Below are positions 36,561 to 46,416 of a DNA stretch of 64,000 bases, one piece after another. Below the pieces are notes generated by a model. That model did no database searches, was not told the origin of the DNA, and saw only the letters and a program-made list of their open reading frames with translations. Numbering within the stretch: the stretch's first letter is position 1; each line of letters begins with the position of its first letter. Location of the stretch: NCBI GenBank assembly GCA_903843045.1, contig CAIMOJ010000046.1, positions 650 through 64,649 on the forward strand. The letters are read 5' to 3'. A program made the translations under genes and the position numbers. This DNA comes from Candidatus Uhrbacteria bacterium. Lineage in GTDB: Bacteria; Patescibacteriota; Patescibacteriia; UBA9934; GWF2-40-263.

Positions 36561-38174
36561 TCAGGCTCCTTCCGTCGCGATCGTTTCTTCCGGCTGGGCC
36601 TTCTTCAGAACGCGGCGTTTCAGACCGGCAAGCACGTCGACCAATTCCCTGCTCCTGAGCGCGCGGGAAATAGCGACGTACACGACCAGACCGGCGCCCC
36701 CCGCGACAAGTCCCTGGGTCAAAACCCCAATGAATGTCTCAAGCGGAATCACGCGAACGATGAGCGGCTTCAGGGTCTGGATCGTCACGGCGCATCCGAT
36801 GCCGGCGGTTGCGGTAACGTAAAGCGACCGCAGGATGACGCTCTCATGAAGCGTCCCCATGCGCTGGCGGAGCGAGACCCAGAGCAGCACCACGTCCGCG
36901 AACGCGCCAATCGTGAATCCCATCGCCATGCCGGTGACGCCGAACTCCCGAGCGAAGTACAATCCGCTGACGAACGAGAGGACGGTGGAGACGACCGCCA
37001 TCGTAAGCGGCGTGGCCGTGTCGCGGATCGCGTAGAAGGCGCGTGCCAGGATCAGGGCCACGCACTGCGGGGCGAATCCAAGCGTGAAGAACGCAAGCGT
37101 GTCGGCAACGCGGATCGTGTCTCCCCAGCCGAACAGCCCGGCGCCGGCAACCACGCGGACGATCTGGGCGCGGAGGATGAGGAAGACGAGCATGAGCGGC
37201 ACGGAAAGAAAGAGCACGTGGCGGACGGCATGATCGAAGGAGTCGAGAAAGCGCCTCGTGTCGCGCGCCTCGATTGCCTCCGCCATCGCCGGGAACGACG
37301 CGATCGCATAGGATACGCCAACGATGCCGACGACGAAGAACTGGATGTTATATGCCACCTGGAAGACGGTCACGCTTCCCGCCGCAAGCGTCGTGGCAAG
37401 GACGGTCAGAATGACGAAGTCAATTTGGTTCACGGCGACTCCGAGCATGCGCGGCCCGGTCAGCCTGGCCAGGTCGCGGAGATCCGGATCCTTCCGGGAC
37501 AAAAGCGGCCTATAGCGGTATCCCGCGTCGAGCACTCCGTAAAGCTGCACGAGAAAATGAAGAAAGGCGCCGATGACCACGCCCCAGGCGAGCCCGATGG
37601 GTCCGAGGAGCGGGGTAAGCCAGAGCGCGCCCGCGATGATTCCGACGTTATAGAAGATCGGCGCGAGCGAGAATAACAGGAAGCGCTTTGTTCCCTGAAG
37701 GATACTGCCGTAAACGACGGAGAGCGCGAGGATGAACTGAGCGAGCACCATGACGCGCGTGTTGTCGGCGACGGCTCCCCGCTGGACCGCGTCGAACCCC
37801 GGGGCCATCAGCTCGGACAGCGGGCCGGCAAATACGAACAGAAAAACGCACGCGACCGCCATGATCGCGGCAATCGCGTTCAGCGCGTTGTTTGCAAACT
37901 CCCAGGCGCGCTTCTTCTGAAGCGGGTTGCTCCAATACCGCGTGAAGATCGGGATGAACCCGGCGGAAAGCGATCCGACCACAAGGAGACTGAACACCAG
38001 GTCCGGCAGCTTAAACGCGGCATAATACGCGTCGAGCGTGGCTCCCGCGCCAAAATGACCGAGAAGGATACGATCGCGAATCAGCCCGATGATTCGGCTT
38101 GCGAACGAGAGGGCCCCAACGATCGCGGCCGCGCCGACCACGGACTTGGACTCTGTGTTGAGAAACTTAAGCAC
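36561..38174 (-). CDS. murJ: Lipid II flippase MurJ (MviN)
   Basis: 537 aa, 14 TM helices, MurJ N-terminal signature. Confidence 0.85.
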   Translation of the reverse strand: MLKFLNTESKSVVGAAAIVGALSFASRIIGLIRDRILLGHFGAGATLDAYYAAFKLPDLVFSLLVVGSLSAGFIPIFTRYWSNPLQKKRAWEFANNALNAIAAIMAVACVFLFVFAGPLSELMAPGFDAVQRGAVADNTRVMVLAQFILALSVVYGSILQGTKRFLLFSLAPIFYNVGIIAGALWLTPLLGPIGLAWGVVIGAFLHFLVQLYGVLDAGYRYRPLLSRKDPDLRDLARLTGPRMLGVAVNQIDFVILTVLATTLAAGSVTVFQVAYNIQFFVVGIVGVSYAIASFPAMAEAIEARDTRRFLDSFDHAVRHVLFLSVPLMLVFLILRAQIVRVVAGAGLFGWGDTIRVADTLAFFTLGFAPQCVALILARAFYAIRDTATPLTMAVVSTVLSFVSGLYFAREFGVTGMAMGFTIGAFADVVLLWVSLRQRMGTLHESVILRSLYVTATAGIGCAVTIQTLKPLIVRVIPLETFIGVLTQGLVAGGAGLVVYVAISRALRSRELVDVLAGLKRRVLKKAQPEETIATEGA

Positions 38175-38177
38175 AGA

Positions 38178-39539
38178 TTATTCGTCGAGGTTTCGAACGC
38201 TCACCCGCTTCGCCTTCGGACGGTCGAGTTCCTCGTCGTCCTCCCCGACGGTGTTCTCATGGACGATTCCATGCGTCCCCGACGGCATCGACGAGACGGC
38301 CCTCGCGACAAGCTTCGACAGGCGCGACAGTCGCAGGACCATCCCAAGCCCGATCAGCAACAAGAACGACAGGAAGGCGACGATCACGTCGACGACCGTG
38401 TTCTGAAGCGTCCAAAACGGAACGTGCGCGACGATCGAATCGGTCGACGTGACGCCGGAAGGATCGATGACCGTAAACGCGACCGTAAATTCGCCGCTTG
38501 TGGTATAGGTGTGCTGAACCTCCGACCGGGACGACGTAACGCCGTCGCCAAAATCCCACTGGTACTGGTAACCGTCTGCCTCCGGGACGATCGCCTTGAA
38601 GGAGTAGGCGTTCCAGGCCGTGTGGGTCGTCAGGAAGATCGCCTTCGGGGAGATTTGCGTCCCGGCGGTCGTCGGCTCCGGAATGGACGTCGGGACAAGC
38701 TCGACGACGGGCACGGTTTCCGCCTGCGCTTCCGTTGACGTCGAGGCGGACGCGGGATCCGTCGACGATGGCGTCGCAACGTCTGTCTTTCCGACCGTCG
38801 TCGTGACGGTCGGATTCGTCGTCGCGGCTGGCTTCGGGGCGGTCGTCGTGACGGCCGGAGAAGCTGCCGGTAGCGGCGCGGCCGCAGGCGCGGCGACAAC
38901 GACCGGCTCGACCTTCGAGCGCGTCTTGTCCGTCGGGTACGCGTCCTTCGCGTCCGAGACCCCGTCCTTGTCGGTATCCGCCACGAGCGGATTCGATCCG
39001 TTTTCCTTCTCGACATCGTCCGTCACGCCGTCGTTGTCGTCATCGTCGTCGCACGCGTTTCCGAGCCCGTCGCCGTCCGTGTCCAGCTGGCTGGCATTTT
39101 TCGTGGAAACGCAGTTATCCTTCGAATCCGCGACCCCGTCGCCGTCCTGGTCCGGAACGGGAGTCGTCAGCTTGGTCATCGTCTCGTCGTTGGACGCGTT
39201 CGAGTCCGTCGGATCCGTTCCGCCGATGACCGCGCGAATGTTGAATACGGTGCTTGGGACGACGAAATCGACGTAGATTTCCTCCGGCGAACCATCGGCC
39301 CGAACGGAAATGATCTGAGACTGCCCGATCGCCGAGGATCCCTGGTAGAAAGTTACGTATCCGTCCACGTCTACGTCTCCGACGTTTTTGACCTGGGCGT
39401 AGACGCGCACGGTACTCCCGGCAATCAGGTCGCCGGAAAAGCTGATCGACGACTGGTCGATCGAAAGGTCCGCGGACGACGACGCGAATGCCATCGACGC
39501 GGAGAAAAGTAATTGAAAAATGAAAAGAAGAAACATCAT
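38178..39539 (-). CDS. Cell-surface protein: signal peptide, CARDB-like domain, thrombospondin-type-3 Ca-binding repeats, PKD domain, C-terminal TM anchor
   Basis: [23 protein letters not shown]...[12 protein letters not shown] (TSP3 repeats), WDFGDGVTS (PKD), C-terminal hydrophobic helix + KAKR. Confidence 0.55.
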   Translation of the reverse strand: MMFLLFIFQLLFSASMAFASSSADLSIDQSSISFSGDLIAGSTVRVYAQVKNVGDVDVDGYVTFYQGSSAIGQSQIISVRADGSPEEIYVDFVVPSTVFNIRAVIGGTDPTDSNASNDETMTKLTTPVPDQDGDGVADSKDNCVSTKNASQLDTDGDGLGNACDDDDDNDGVTDDVEKENGSNPLVADTDKDGVSDAKDAYPTDKTRSKVEPVVVAAPAAAPLPAASPAVTTTAPKPAATTNPTVTTTVGKTDVATPSSTDPASASTSTEAQAETVPVVELVPTSIPEPTTAGTQISPKAIFLTTHTAWNAYSFKAIVPEADGYQYQWDFGDGVTSSRSEVQHTYTTSGEFTVAFTVIDPSGVTSTDSIVAHVPFWTLQNTVVDVIVAFLSFLLLIGLGMVLRLSRLSKLVARAVSSMPSGTHGIVHENTVGEDDEELDRPKAKRVSVRNLDE

Positions 39540-40105
39540 AGAAGCACGACTTCGTCGCCGTTTTCAACCCAGAACTCACTCGCCTCGTCATGCGTCAGGT
39601 GCAGCGCGAGCGCAAACGTCGGGTGGACGCGAACGCTCACGAGTTCGATCCTGGTCTCCGGATGGCCGACGGGAACGACCGTCACCAGCTGGTGTTGCTC
39701 GACGCCAAGCTTCGCCGCGTCGCGCTCGTTGCAATGCAGGTGGCGTGCCGGGATGATGACGCCTGACTTCACGACGACGGACCCATCCGGCCCCACGAGT
39801 TCGCAGGACCCCGTTCGACTCAAATCTCCCGAAAGACGGACCGGCGCGTCAATCCCAAGCGCGAACGCCTCGGTCGGCGACAATTCTACCTGCGTCGCGT
39901 CGCGTTCCGGCCCAAGAACGCGCACCTCTTCCAACTCGACGTCGTTTGCCCCGATGACGCGTACGGTCTGATCCGAAGAAAACTGCCCGCGATGGGCCAA
40001 ATCAGAGCGTTTCGTTAGTTTTTCGGATCCAAAAAGTGCCTCCCTGTCCGCGACGGACAGGTGAACGTGACGATACTGAACATGAACGGGAATGACGGTT
40101 TTCAT
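39536..40105 (-). CDS. pduL: PduL-type phosphate acyltransferase (phosphotransacetylase/propanoyltransferase)
   Basis: Two PduL half-domains with the characteristic (I/V)P(A/V)RH(L/V)H motif ([14 protein letters not shown]; [10 protein letters not shown]). Confidence 0.6.
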   Translation of the reverse strand: MKTVIPVHVQYRHVHLSVADREALFGSEKLTKRSDLAHRGQFSSDQTVRVIGANDVELEEVRVLGPERDATQVELSPTEAFALGIDAPVRLSGDLSRTGSCELVGPDGSVVVKSGVIIPARHLHCNERDAAKLGVEQHQLVTVVPVGHPETRIELVSVRVHPTFALALHLTHDEASEFWVENGDEVVLL

Positions 40106-40827
40106 GCGATGTGCTTCTTTTCGCGCTTCTTCGCGTGTCCGAACGTGTACTTGAACTTGTCGTGACGGATCGGGCCGAGCATCGCCAGGTGCATTTCCGC
40201 GAGGGTGTACTTGATGGCGATGTTGATGCGGCCATCGCGGTCGAGACGACGGATCGAGACCGGGATCTTCGTTGCGCGCAGAAACCCGAACGAGCCGATC
40301 TTTGCCGCGCGGCCCGCGTACTCGTGGTCCTCGCAGAACGTGATGCTCTCGTCGAACCCGTTGATCTTGTCATGCGTATCCCTCCGAACGAACATGCAGA
40401 ATCCCGGCGCGTGCGGAAACACGTCTCCCCAGGCCCGAACGTACACATTGTACGCCTTGTGGATCACGTGGTCGATCCACTGGTCGGACAGCGGAAACAC
40501 GTCCACCGTGGCGATGTCGAACTTCTTTTCCAGCATCTCCCCCACCGACCGCTCCAAAAACTCCGGGTCGCGCAGTTCCACGTCCGCGTCCAGAAACAAC
40601 AGGATGTCCGTCTTCGCCGCCGACGCGCCGCGATTGCGCCCCGGCCCAGGCATTCCGCCCTCGACGACACGACAGCCGAACGATTCGGCGATCTCTCGCG
40701 TTCGATCCTTCGACCCGGCATCCGCGACGATAATTTCCTTCGGCTGCATGGTCTGCCGTCGGATCGATTCCAACAGCCGAGGCAGGCTTGCCTCCTCATC
40801 CTTTGTCGGAATGACAATCGTGAGCAT
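40102..40827 (-). CDS. GT2-family glycosyltransferase
   Basis: LTIVIPTKDEEASLPRLLESI...LFLDADV GT-A signature. Confidence 0.7.
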   Translation of the reverse strand: MLTIVIPTKDEEASLPRLLESIRRQTMQPKEIIVADAGSKDRTREIAESFGCRVVEGGMPGPGRNRGASAAKTDILLFLDADVELRDPEFLERSVGEMLEKKFDIATVDVFPLSDQWIDHVIHKAYNVYVRAWGDVFPHAPGFCMFVRRDTHDKINGFDESITFCEDHEYAGRAAKIGSFGFLRATKIPVSIRRLDRDGRINIAIKYTLAEMHLAMLGPIRHDKFKYTFGHAKKREKKHIA

Positions 40828-40832
40828 AACGT

Positions 40833-41279
40833 TTATATTTTACCTGATCCTGTCGATAACACAAACAACGCGATTCCGGTCGCGACGGCGACGTTCAAGG
40901 AGCGCTTGCGTCCCGGCATCAGAATCTCGACCGTCGTGTCACAGAGCGCGAGCACGGACGGTTCGACCCCCTCGACCTCGTTCCCAAGCAACAGGGCAAC
41001 CTTCCCGTCCATCGGCCCGATCGGCACCGAACCGGGCCTGTTGTCGAGCGCGACGACTCGATACCCTTCCCCCTTGAGCCCCTTGATCACCTCGATAACC
41101 TCGCCACCCTTCCAGGGCACCCGGTCCTCCGCCCCAAGCGCCACCTTCGCGATCTCCGGCCGTGGCGGAGTTCCCGTGATTCCGGTAAGGTATACGCGTT
41201 CCACCGCAAAGCAGTCCGCGGATCGAAAGATCGCGCCGACGTTGTGGAGACTTCGAATGTTGTGAGCAATAATGACCAT
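40833..41279 (-). CDS. SpoU/TrmH-family RNA 2'-O-methyltransferase (SPOUT fold)
   Basis: NVGAIFRSADCFAV...LLGNEVEGV...SLNVAVATGIALF SPOUT motifs; start MVIIAHNI. Confidence 0.7.
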   Translation of the reverse strand: MVIIAHNIRSLHNVGAIFRSADCFAVERVYLTGITGTPPRPEIAKVALGAEDRVPWKGGEVIEVIKGLKGEGYRVVALDNRPGSVPIGPMDGKVALLLGNEVEGVEPSVLALCDTTVEILMPGRKRSLNVAVATGIALFVLSTGSGKI

Positions 41280-41281
41280 AT

Positions 41282-42673
41282 ATGAAGCTTCTCCAGCCCA
41301 TCTCAGGCACCGTCGACCGGCTTGCACCGGACGGCAGCGGCGTGATCAATCGTCCCGAGGGAAAACCTTTTTTGATTTATAACGTGATTCCGGGCGAGGA
41401 GGTGACCGCGACAGTCGTGAAGCGCGGGCCGGACGGCGTGCGGGCGAAGCTCGACTCGATCGTCGTCGCGTCGCCGGACCGCGTCGCGCCGCGCTGCCCG
41501 TATGCCGGAACGTGCGGGGGGTGCAAGTGGCAGCACGTGGATTATACACGGCAGCGGACGGAGAAGCTGAATCGGCTGCGGTCGACCTTCGCGGAAGCTG
41601 CGACCGAGTGCCCCGTCGAATCCGTCGTCGCGTCGCCGGACCAATTCTACTACCGCAATCGCATGGACTTCACCTTCGGCCGCGACGGCGAGCTCGGTTT
41701 GAAGATGCCGGACAAATGGTGGGCCGCGCTCAACCTGGAGACATGCTACCTGCTCTCCCCCGAATCCGTCGAGATCGTCAACGCGGTCCGCGAGTGGGCA
41801 CGATCGACGGGATTGCCGTTCTGGGACGGAAAGACGCACGCGGGATTCTTCCGATATCTCGTGATCCGCGAGGGAAAGAACACGGGCGAGCGCATGGTGA
41901 CGCTCGTGACGGCGACGAACGACGCGTTTCGTCCCGAGGGACTCGTCGCCGCGATTGGAGACCGGGCGACTTCGATTGTTCACGGGATCAACGATGGCAT
42001 CACCGACCTCTCGATCTCCGACGTGCTCGTCCCGCTCAAGGGCAACCCGTTCATTCACGAGGAGATAAACGGCGTCCGGTTTAAGATCACGCCGAACGCG
42101 TTCTTCCAGACGAACTCGGCAATGGCCGCCAAGCTCCAGGACGAGGTCGTGCGCCACTGCGAGACAGCCGTCGTTGGCAAGACGAACCCGACCGTCCTCG
42201 ACCTCTACTGCGGATCGGGATTCTTCTCGCTCGCGTTGGCGAAGCGATCCTCGACGATCAAGGTCGTCGGCATCGAGGAAAACGCCGAGGCGATCGCCTG
42301 CGCCAAGGAAAACGTGGCCGCGAACGCCGTCGAGGCCGAGTACTTCGTCTCAAAGGCCGAGGAGTTCGACTGGAAGAGCTACGCCCCCGACGTCGTCATC
42401 GTCGACCCGCCGCGCGCCGGAATGCACCCAAAGGTCATCGAGACCCTCCTTGAGGCCGCGCCGCCGACGATCATTTACATTTCCTGCAAATACGAGCGCT
42501 TCCTGATGGAATGGAACGGAACCGCCAACAGCGCCCCGGCCCTCTCGACGAAATACCGCCTCGCCGACGCGGCCGCCCTCGACCTCTTCCCGCACACCCC
42601 GCACATCGAGTTCGTCGCCCGCCTCGAATCGCTCCCCTCTCCTTCAAAAGGAGAGGGACAGGGTGAGGTCTAA
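41282..42673 (+). CDS. RlmD/RumA-family 23S rRNA (uracil-5)-methyltransferase (TRAM + Fe-S + SAM MTase)
   Basis: TRAM N-domain, Cys cluster (CPYAGTCGGCKWQH), SAM motif LDLYCGSGFFSLA; C-terminus extended by a family A element that supplies the TAA stop. Confidence 0.75.
   Translation: MKLLQPISGTVDRLAPDGSGVINRPEGKPFLIYNVIPGEEVTATVVKRGPDGVRAKLDSIVVASPDRVAPRCPYAGTCGGCKWQHVDYTRQRTEKLNRLRSTFAEAATECPVESVVASPDQFYYRNRMDFTFGRDGELGLKMPDKWWAALNLETCYLLSPESVEIVNAVREWARSTGLPFWDGKTHAGFFRYLVIREGKNTGERMVTLVTATNDAFRPEGLVAAIGDRATSIVHGINDGITDLSISDVLVPLKGNPFIHEEINGVRFKITPNAFFQTNSAMAAKLQDEVVRHCETAVVGKTNPTVLDLYCGSGFFSLALAKRSSTIKVVGIEENAEAIACAKENVAANAVEAEYFVSKAEEFDWKSYAPDVVIVDPPRAGMHPKVIETLLEAAPPTIIYISCKYERFLMEWNGTANSAPALSTKYRLADAAALDLFPHTPHIEFVARLESLPSPSKGEGQGEV
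42634..42673. repeat. Palindromic element family A, copy 5 (encodes C-terminal LPSPSKGEGQGEV* of the rlmD-like gene)
   Basis: cccctctccttcaaaaggagagggacagggtgaggtctaa. Confidence 0.75.
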
Positions 42674-42722
42674 GGTTGGCTCCACGATTGACGTCCGTCC
42701 CATTTCCTGATATTCTCCCGCC

Positions 42723-43607
42723 ATGTCTACCAAACCAACCCCAATCCCAGCCGTCCCGCAGAAGTCCGGCTTTGCCGTGCTCATCGGCCGCAGCAACGTG
42801 GGAAAGTCCACGCTGCTCAACACGATGGTCGGAACGAAGGTGGCCATCACCACCCCGAAGCCGCAGACCACCCGCCTTCCGGTGCAGGGCATCTTGTCGC
42901 GCCCGGACGGACAGGTGGTGTTCGTGGACACGCCGGGGCTCATGAAGAAATCCAAGGACGCGCTCACGAAGAAGCTCGCGGAGTTCGTGAAGGAGTCGTT
43001 GAAGGACGTGGACGTCATCGTCTACGTCGTGGACCCGACCCGCGCGATCGGAGACGAGGAAAAGTCGGCGCTAGCGCTCATCCGCAACATTGAGAAGCCG
43101 AAGATCCTGGTTCTCAACAAGTGCGACCTCCGCGACCGCGCGTTCCTCGACCACTACAAGGACCTTTCCGACCAGTTTACGACCGTGATCGACGTGTCCG
43201 CCATGACGGGAACGAACGTGAACACGCTCATCGACGAGATCTTCTCCTACGCCAAGGAAGGCGAGGCGTACTACCCGGAAGGCCAGGTCACGAGCATGAA
43301 GAGCGAGCTGTGGCTTGCCGAGCTCGTCCGCGAGAAGCTGTTCCTGCGCCTGCGCGAGGAGGTCCCGTACACGACCCACGTGGAGGTCGAGGACATGCAG
43401 AGCCGCGAGGACGGAACGCTGTACGTGGCCGCGACCATCTACACCACCGACGAGCGCTACAAGCGCATGATCATCGGCAAGGGCGGCCAGGGCGTCAAGG
43501 AAATCGGCCAGTCCACGCGCAACGAGCTGGAGGCCGTGATGCAGCGCAAGGTGTTCCTCGACCTGACGGTAGAGGTCGACTCGCACTGGGTCGACCGGCT
43601 CGGCTAA
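42723..43607 (+). CDS. era: GTPase Era
   Basis: G1 GRSNVGKST, G3 DTPG, G4 NKCD, C-terminal KH domain. Confidence 0.9.
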   Translation: MSTKPTPIPAVPQKSGFAVLIGRSNVGKSTLLNTMVGTKVAITTPKPQTTRLPVQGILSRPDGQVVFVDTPGLMKKSKDALTKKLAEFVKESLKDVDVIVYVVDPTRAIGDEEKSALALIRNIEKPKILVLNKCDLRDRAFLDHYKDLSDQFTTVIDVSAMTGTNVNTLIDEIFSYAKEGEAYYPEGQVTSMKSELWLAELVREKLFLRLREEVPYTTHVEVEDMQSREDGTLYVAATIYTTDERYKRMIIGKGGQGVKEIGQSTRNELEAVMQRKVFLDLTVEVDSHWVDRLG

Positions 43608-43633
43608 TCGATACGAAAGGTAAACGACCCCGC

Positions 43634-44320
43634 TTATGGCGAGGTCGTTTTGATTTCCGAGACTTCGAATCCGCGGAGCGCGCTGTCGAACGACGCGTCC
43701 GCGGCCGGTTTCAGCGTGACGGAGAGGATGAGCGGGTTGTCCGCGTTCTTGAGGACGAGATACTCCGCGAACCAATTCGATGCCTTGAGCGCGTCGACCT
43801 TTTGGAGCGTGCCGTCGACGCGAACCCAGGCGGTGGTCGCCAGGTCGTCCGTCTTGATCGTGAGCACGTCGGTCGCAGTCGGCAGGTCAGGCGCCGTCTG
43901 GTTCACGCTCGACAGGAACGATTTCACCGAGTCCGTCCACGCAAGCGCGCCAGAGATCGTCGTGTCGAGAAGTCCAAGGCTCAGGGTCGTGCTTCCGCCC
44001 GTCACAAGCCCGTCGTACTGCGCGGACGACAGGACGAACTGTGACTTCGACGTGTCCACGACCATCGCGCCCGTCTGCCAGTCGTTCGCCTTCTTCCAAG
44101 ATAATGTCGCGTCCGTCGTCGCAACCCGTTCGCTGAGCACGACCGTCTGCGCCTCCGTCCCCGCCCCGAACCACTCCGCGATCTTCCCGCCGATCCCAAG
44201 GACGGTCTCTCGGATCGTCAGCGTGTCCCCCGCCCCCACGGTCAGCGACGTCGACGGAGCGGACGAGCAGCCCGCGCCGACGAGAACGATCATCGCGACG
44301 ATCGCGGCAAGCCGTCTCAT
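43634..44320 (-). CDS. Lipoprotein (hypothetical)
   Basis: Signal peptide + lipobox (LVGAGCSS); start MRRLAAIV. Confidence 0.45.
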   Translation of the reverse strand: MRRLAAIVAMIVLVGAGCSSAPSTSLTVGAGDTLTIRETVLGIGGKIAEWFGAGTEAQTVVLSERVATTDATLSWKKANDWQTGAMVVDTSKSQFVLSSAQYDGLVTGGSTTLSLGLLDTTISGALAWTDSVKSFLSSVNQTAPDLPTATDVLTIKTDDLATTAWVRVDGTLQKVDALKASNWFAEYLVLKNADNPLILSVTLKPAADASFDSALRGFEVSEIKTTSP

Positions 44321-44580
44321 ACCTTTTTCCCGTTCGCCCACTTGCGAATCACATCCTCATCTTCCTCCCCGCAGATGAACTGCTTCGATTCCGTGTTGTA
44401 GAAAAATGGAACACCGCCGCACAGCCCGCGGTCGATCGTTTCCATCCGCTCGGCATTCTCCTTATTATGCCAGGTTTCCAGCTTCTCGATGGCAATCCCT
44501 TCCTTGATCAGCCTGTCGATCATCGGCATCATCTTCAGGCAGTGACCGCATTCGGAACCGTAGAACTCCAACAAGGCCAT
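44317..44580 (-). CDS. Glutaredoxin/thioredoxin-like small protein
   Basis: CGHC active-site motif in thioredoxin-fold context; 87 aa; 4-nt overlap with the downstream lipoprotein gene. Confidence 0.55.
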   Translation of the reverse strand: MALLEFYGSECGHCLKMMPMIDRLIKEGIAIEKLETWHNKENAERMETIDRGLCGGVPFFYNTESKQFICGEEDEDVIRKWANGKKV

Positions 44581-44616
44581 ATAGGGAAAATCGATGGGTT
44601 ATGCTAGGATTCTAAC

Positions 44617-45291
44617 ATGAAATACGCCCCGCATGCCATTTTCCTCGCCTTGGTCGCGATTCTCCTCGTCGGTGCCCGCTTTGGATTTGCGTGGGCGGGG
44701 GGTTCCGGACACGTGTCTACGCTCTCGGTCTTTCTCCAGGACGCGACCGGGCCGGTGACCGCGGAACGGAACGGGGTCGTCCGAACGCTTGCCCTCGATG
44801 ACAGGATCTACCGCGGGGAAACGATCGCGACGGCGCCGGGGAGCTTCGCCCAGCTCACGATCAGCGACTTCTCGCACATCGTCACCGTCGGGATGGACGA
44901 ACGGACGTCTCTGACCGTCGACGCGCTCACCGTCACGAAACCCGAGCTGTTCCTGCATGGCGGCCGCATCGAGACGTTCATGGACGGGACCGTCGACGGT
45001 CTCAACGTTCGAACGAACTTCACGAGATCCTCGCTTGGCAAGGGACGCGCGTCGTTCGTCAACTATGATTTCAAGGAGGCGGTCGCGATCGTTCCAATCG
45101 TCGGATCGGTGACGACCACCGCGACGAAGACGGACGAGACCAGAACGACGGCGACGGCGATCGGCATCCACGAGACGGACCCCGTCGCGTTCGACGAGAT
45201 CGGATTCAACCGGGACGCGGCGACGGTCAAACCGTTTTACGACTGGATTGAAACCCGGTTCGGACTCGAGGCGTTCGAGATCAAACAATAA
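44617..45291 (+). CDS. Secreted hypothetical protein
   Basis: Signal peptide; no recognisable catalytic motif. Confidence 0.35.
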   Translation: MKYAPHAIFLALVAILLVGARFGFAWAGGSGHVSTLSVFLQDATGPVTAERNGVVRTLALDDRIYRGETIATAPGSFAQLTISDFSHIVTVGMDERTSLTVDALTVTKPELFLHGGRIETFMDGTVDGLNVRTNFTRSSLGKGRASFVNYDFKEAVAIVPIVGSVTTTATKTDETRTTATAIGIHETDPVAFDEIGFNRDAATVKPFYDWIETRFGLEAFEIKQ

Positions 45292-46336
45292 TCCCGCCAC
45301 CGATCATCTCTTCCCCGTCGTAGAGGACGATCGACTGGCCAGGCGTGACGGCACGGACGGGTTCGTCGAATTCGACGGTGACTGAGTCCGCATCGGTCGC
45401 GACGATCGAACATGCCTGCAACGGCTGTCGATACCGAACGCGGGCGGAGATCTTTTCTCCGACGATTGGCTGACGGAACCAGTTCGTGGACGTCGCGACG
45501 AGTTTCTTTTCAAACAGTGCCGGATGGAAATTGCTCGAGACGATGAGCTGCCTCGTCTCGGGTTTTTTGTCGACCACGTAGTACGGCGTCCCTCCCCCGA
45601 CGTTCAGCCCGTGCCGCTGGCCGATCGTGTAGAACGCGACCCCCTCGTGCGTCCCCACCACTTCCCCGCCCGTCGTGACGATCTCGCCCGGATCCTCGGG
45701 AATGCGCTCCTTTAAGAATGCGCGGATGTCGACTTCCCCAACGAAACAGATCCCCGTCGAATCCTTCTTCTCCGCCGTCGACAACCCAAGCTCGCGCGCC
45801 TTCTCGCGCACCTCCGGCTTCGTCATCGCGCCAACCGGAAACAACACGCGCGGCAGCACGCTCTTCGGGATCGCCCAGAGAAAATAGGTCTGATCCTTGT
45901 TGTCGTCCGTCCCTGCAAGGATTCGTCCGTCGACGATCCGCGCGTAATGCCCCGTCGCGACGAACGCGCAGCCGAGACGGTCCGCCTCTTTGACGAACAG
46001 GTCGAACTTCACATACTTGTTGCACAGCACATCCGGATTCGGCGTCCTTCCTGCGGCGTATTCCTGGTACAAGTTCTCAACAACCAATTCGCGATATTGC
46101 TTCTCAAAGTCGAACGTCACGAACGGAATCCCAAGCTTCGCCGCCACCCGCATCGCGTCTCGCCGCTCCGTCCTCCATCCGCATTCCTTCGTCTCGCCGT
46201 CGCACTTGATCTCCGTCCAATTCTTCATGAACGCCCCGATCACCTCGTACCCCTGCTCCAACAGCAACGCCGCGGCCACGGACGAATCCACGCCGCCGGA
46301 CATGCCGAGCAGGACTTTCTTGCGAGCTTCTTCCAT
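45281..46336 (-). CDS. mnmA: tRNA-specific 2-thiouridylase MnmA
   Basis: PP-loop LLGMSGGVDSSV, catalytic cysteines, C-terminal barrel; start MEEARKKV. Confidence 0.85.
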   Translation of the reverse strand: MEEARKKVLLGMSGGVDSSVAAALLLEQGYEVIGAFMKNWTEIKCDGETKECGWRTERRDAMRVAAKLGIPFVTFDFEKQYRELVVENLYQEYAAGRTPNPDVLCNKYVKFDLFVKEADRLGCAFVATGHYARIVDGRILAGTDDNKDQTYFLWAIPKSVLPRVLFPVGAMTKPEVREKARELGLSTAEKKDSTGICFVGEVDIRAFLKERIPEDPGEIVTTGGEVVGTHEGVAFYTIGQRHGLNVGGGTPYYVVDKKPETRQLIVSSNFHPALFEKKLVATSTNWFRQPIVGEKISARVRYRQPLQACSIVATDADSVTVEFDEPVRAVTPGQSIVLYDGEEMIGGGIIV

Positions 46337-46416
46337 ATGATTTCCGGAGTTTGCCACAGATTTGGCCAATTGACAATCGTCCGATCCCATTGGATACTTA
46401 TCGCAGAGGTCGAACC

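Noticed and set aside
11873-42673. CRISPR array interpretation of the G-rich repeats
   Set aside because: The copies are tens of kilobases apart rather than regularly spaced, they lie inside protein-coding genes, and there are no cas genes. They behave as MITE-like palindromes, not CRISPR repeats.
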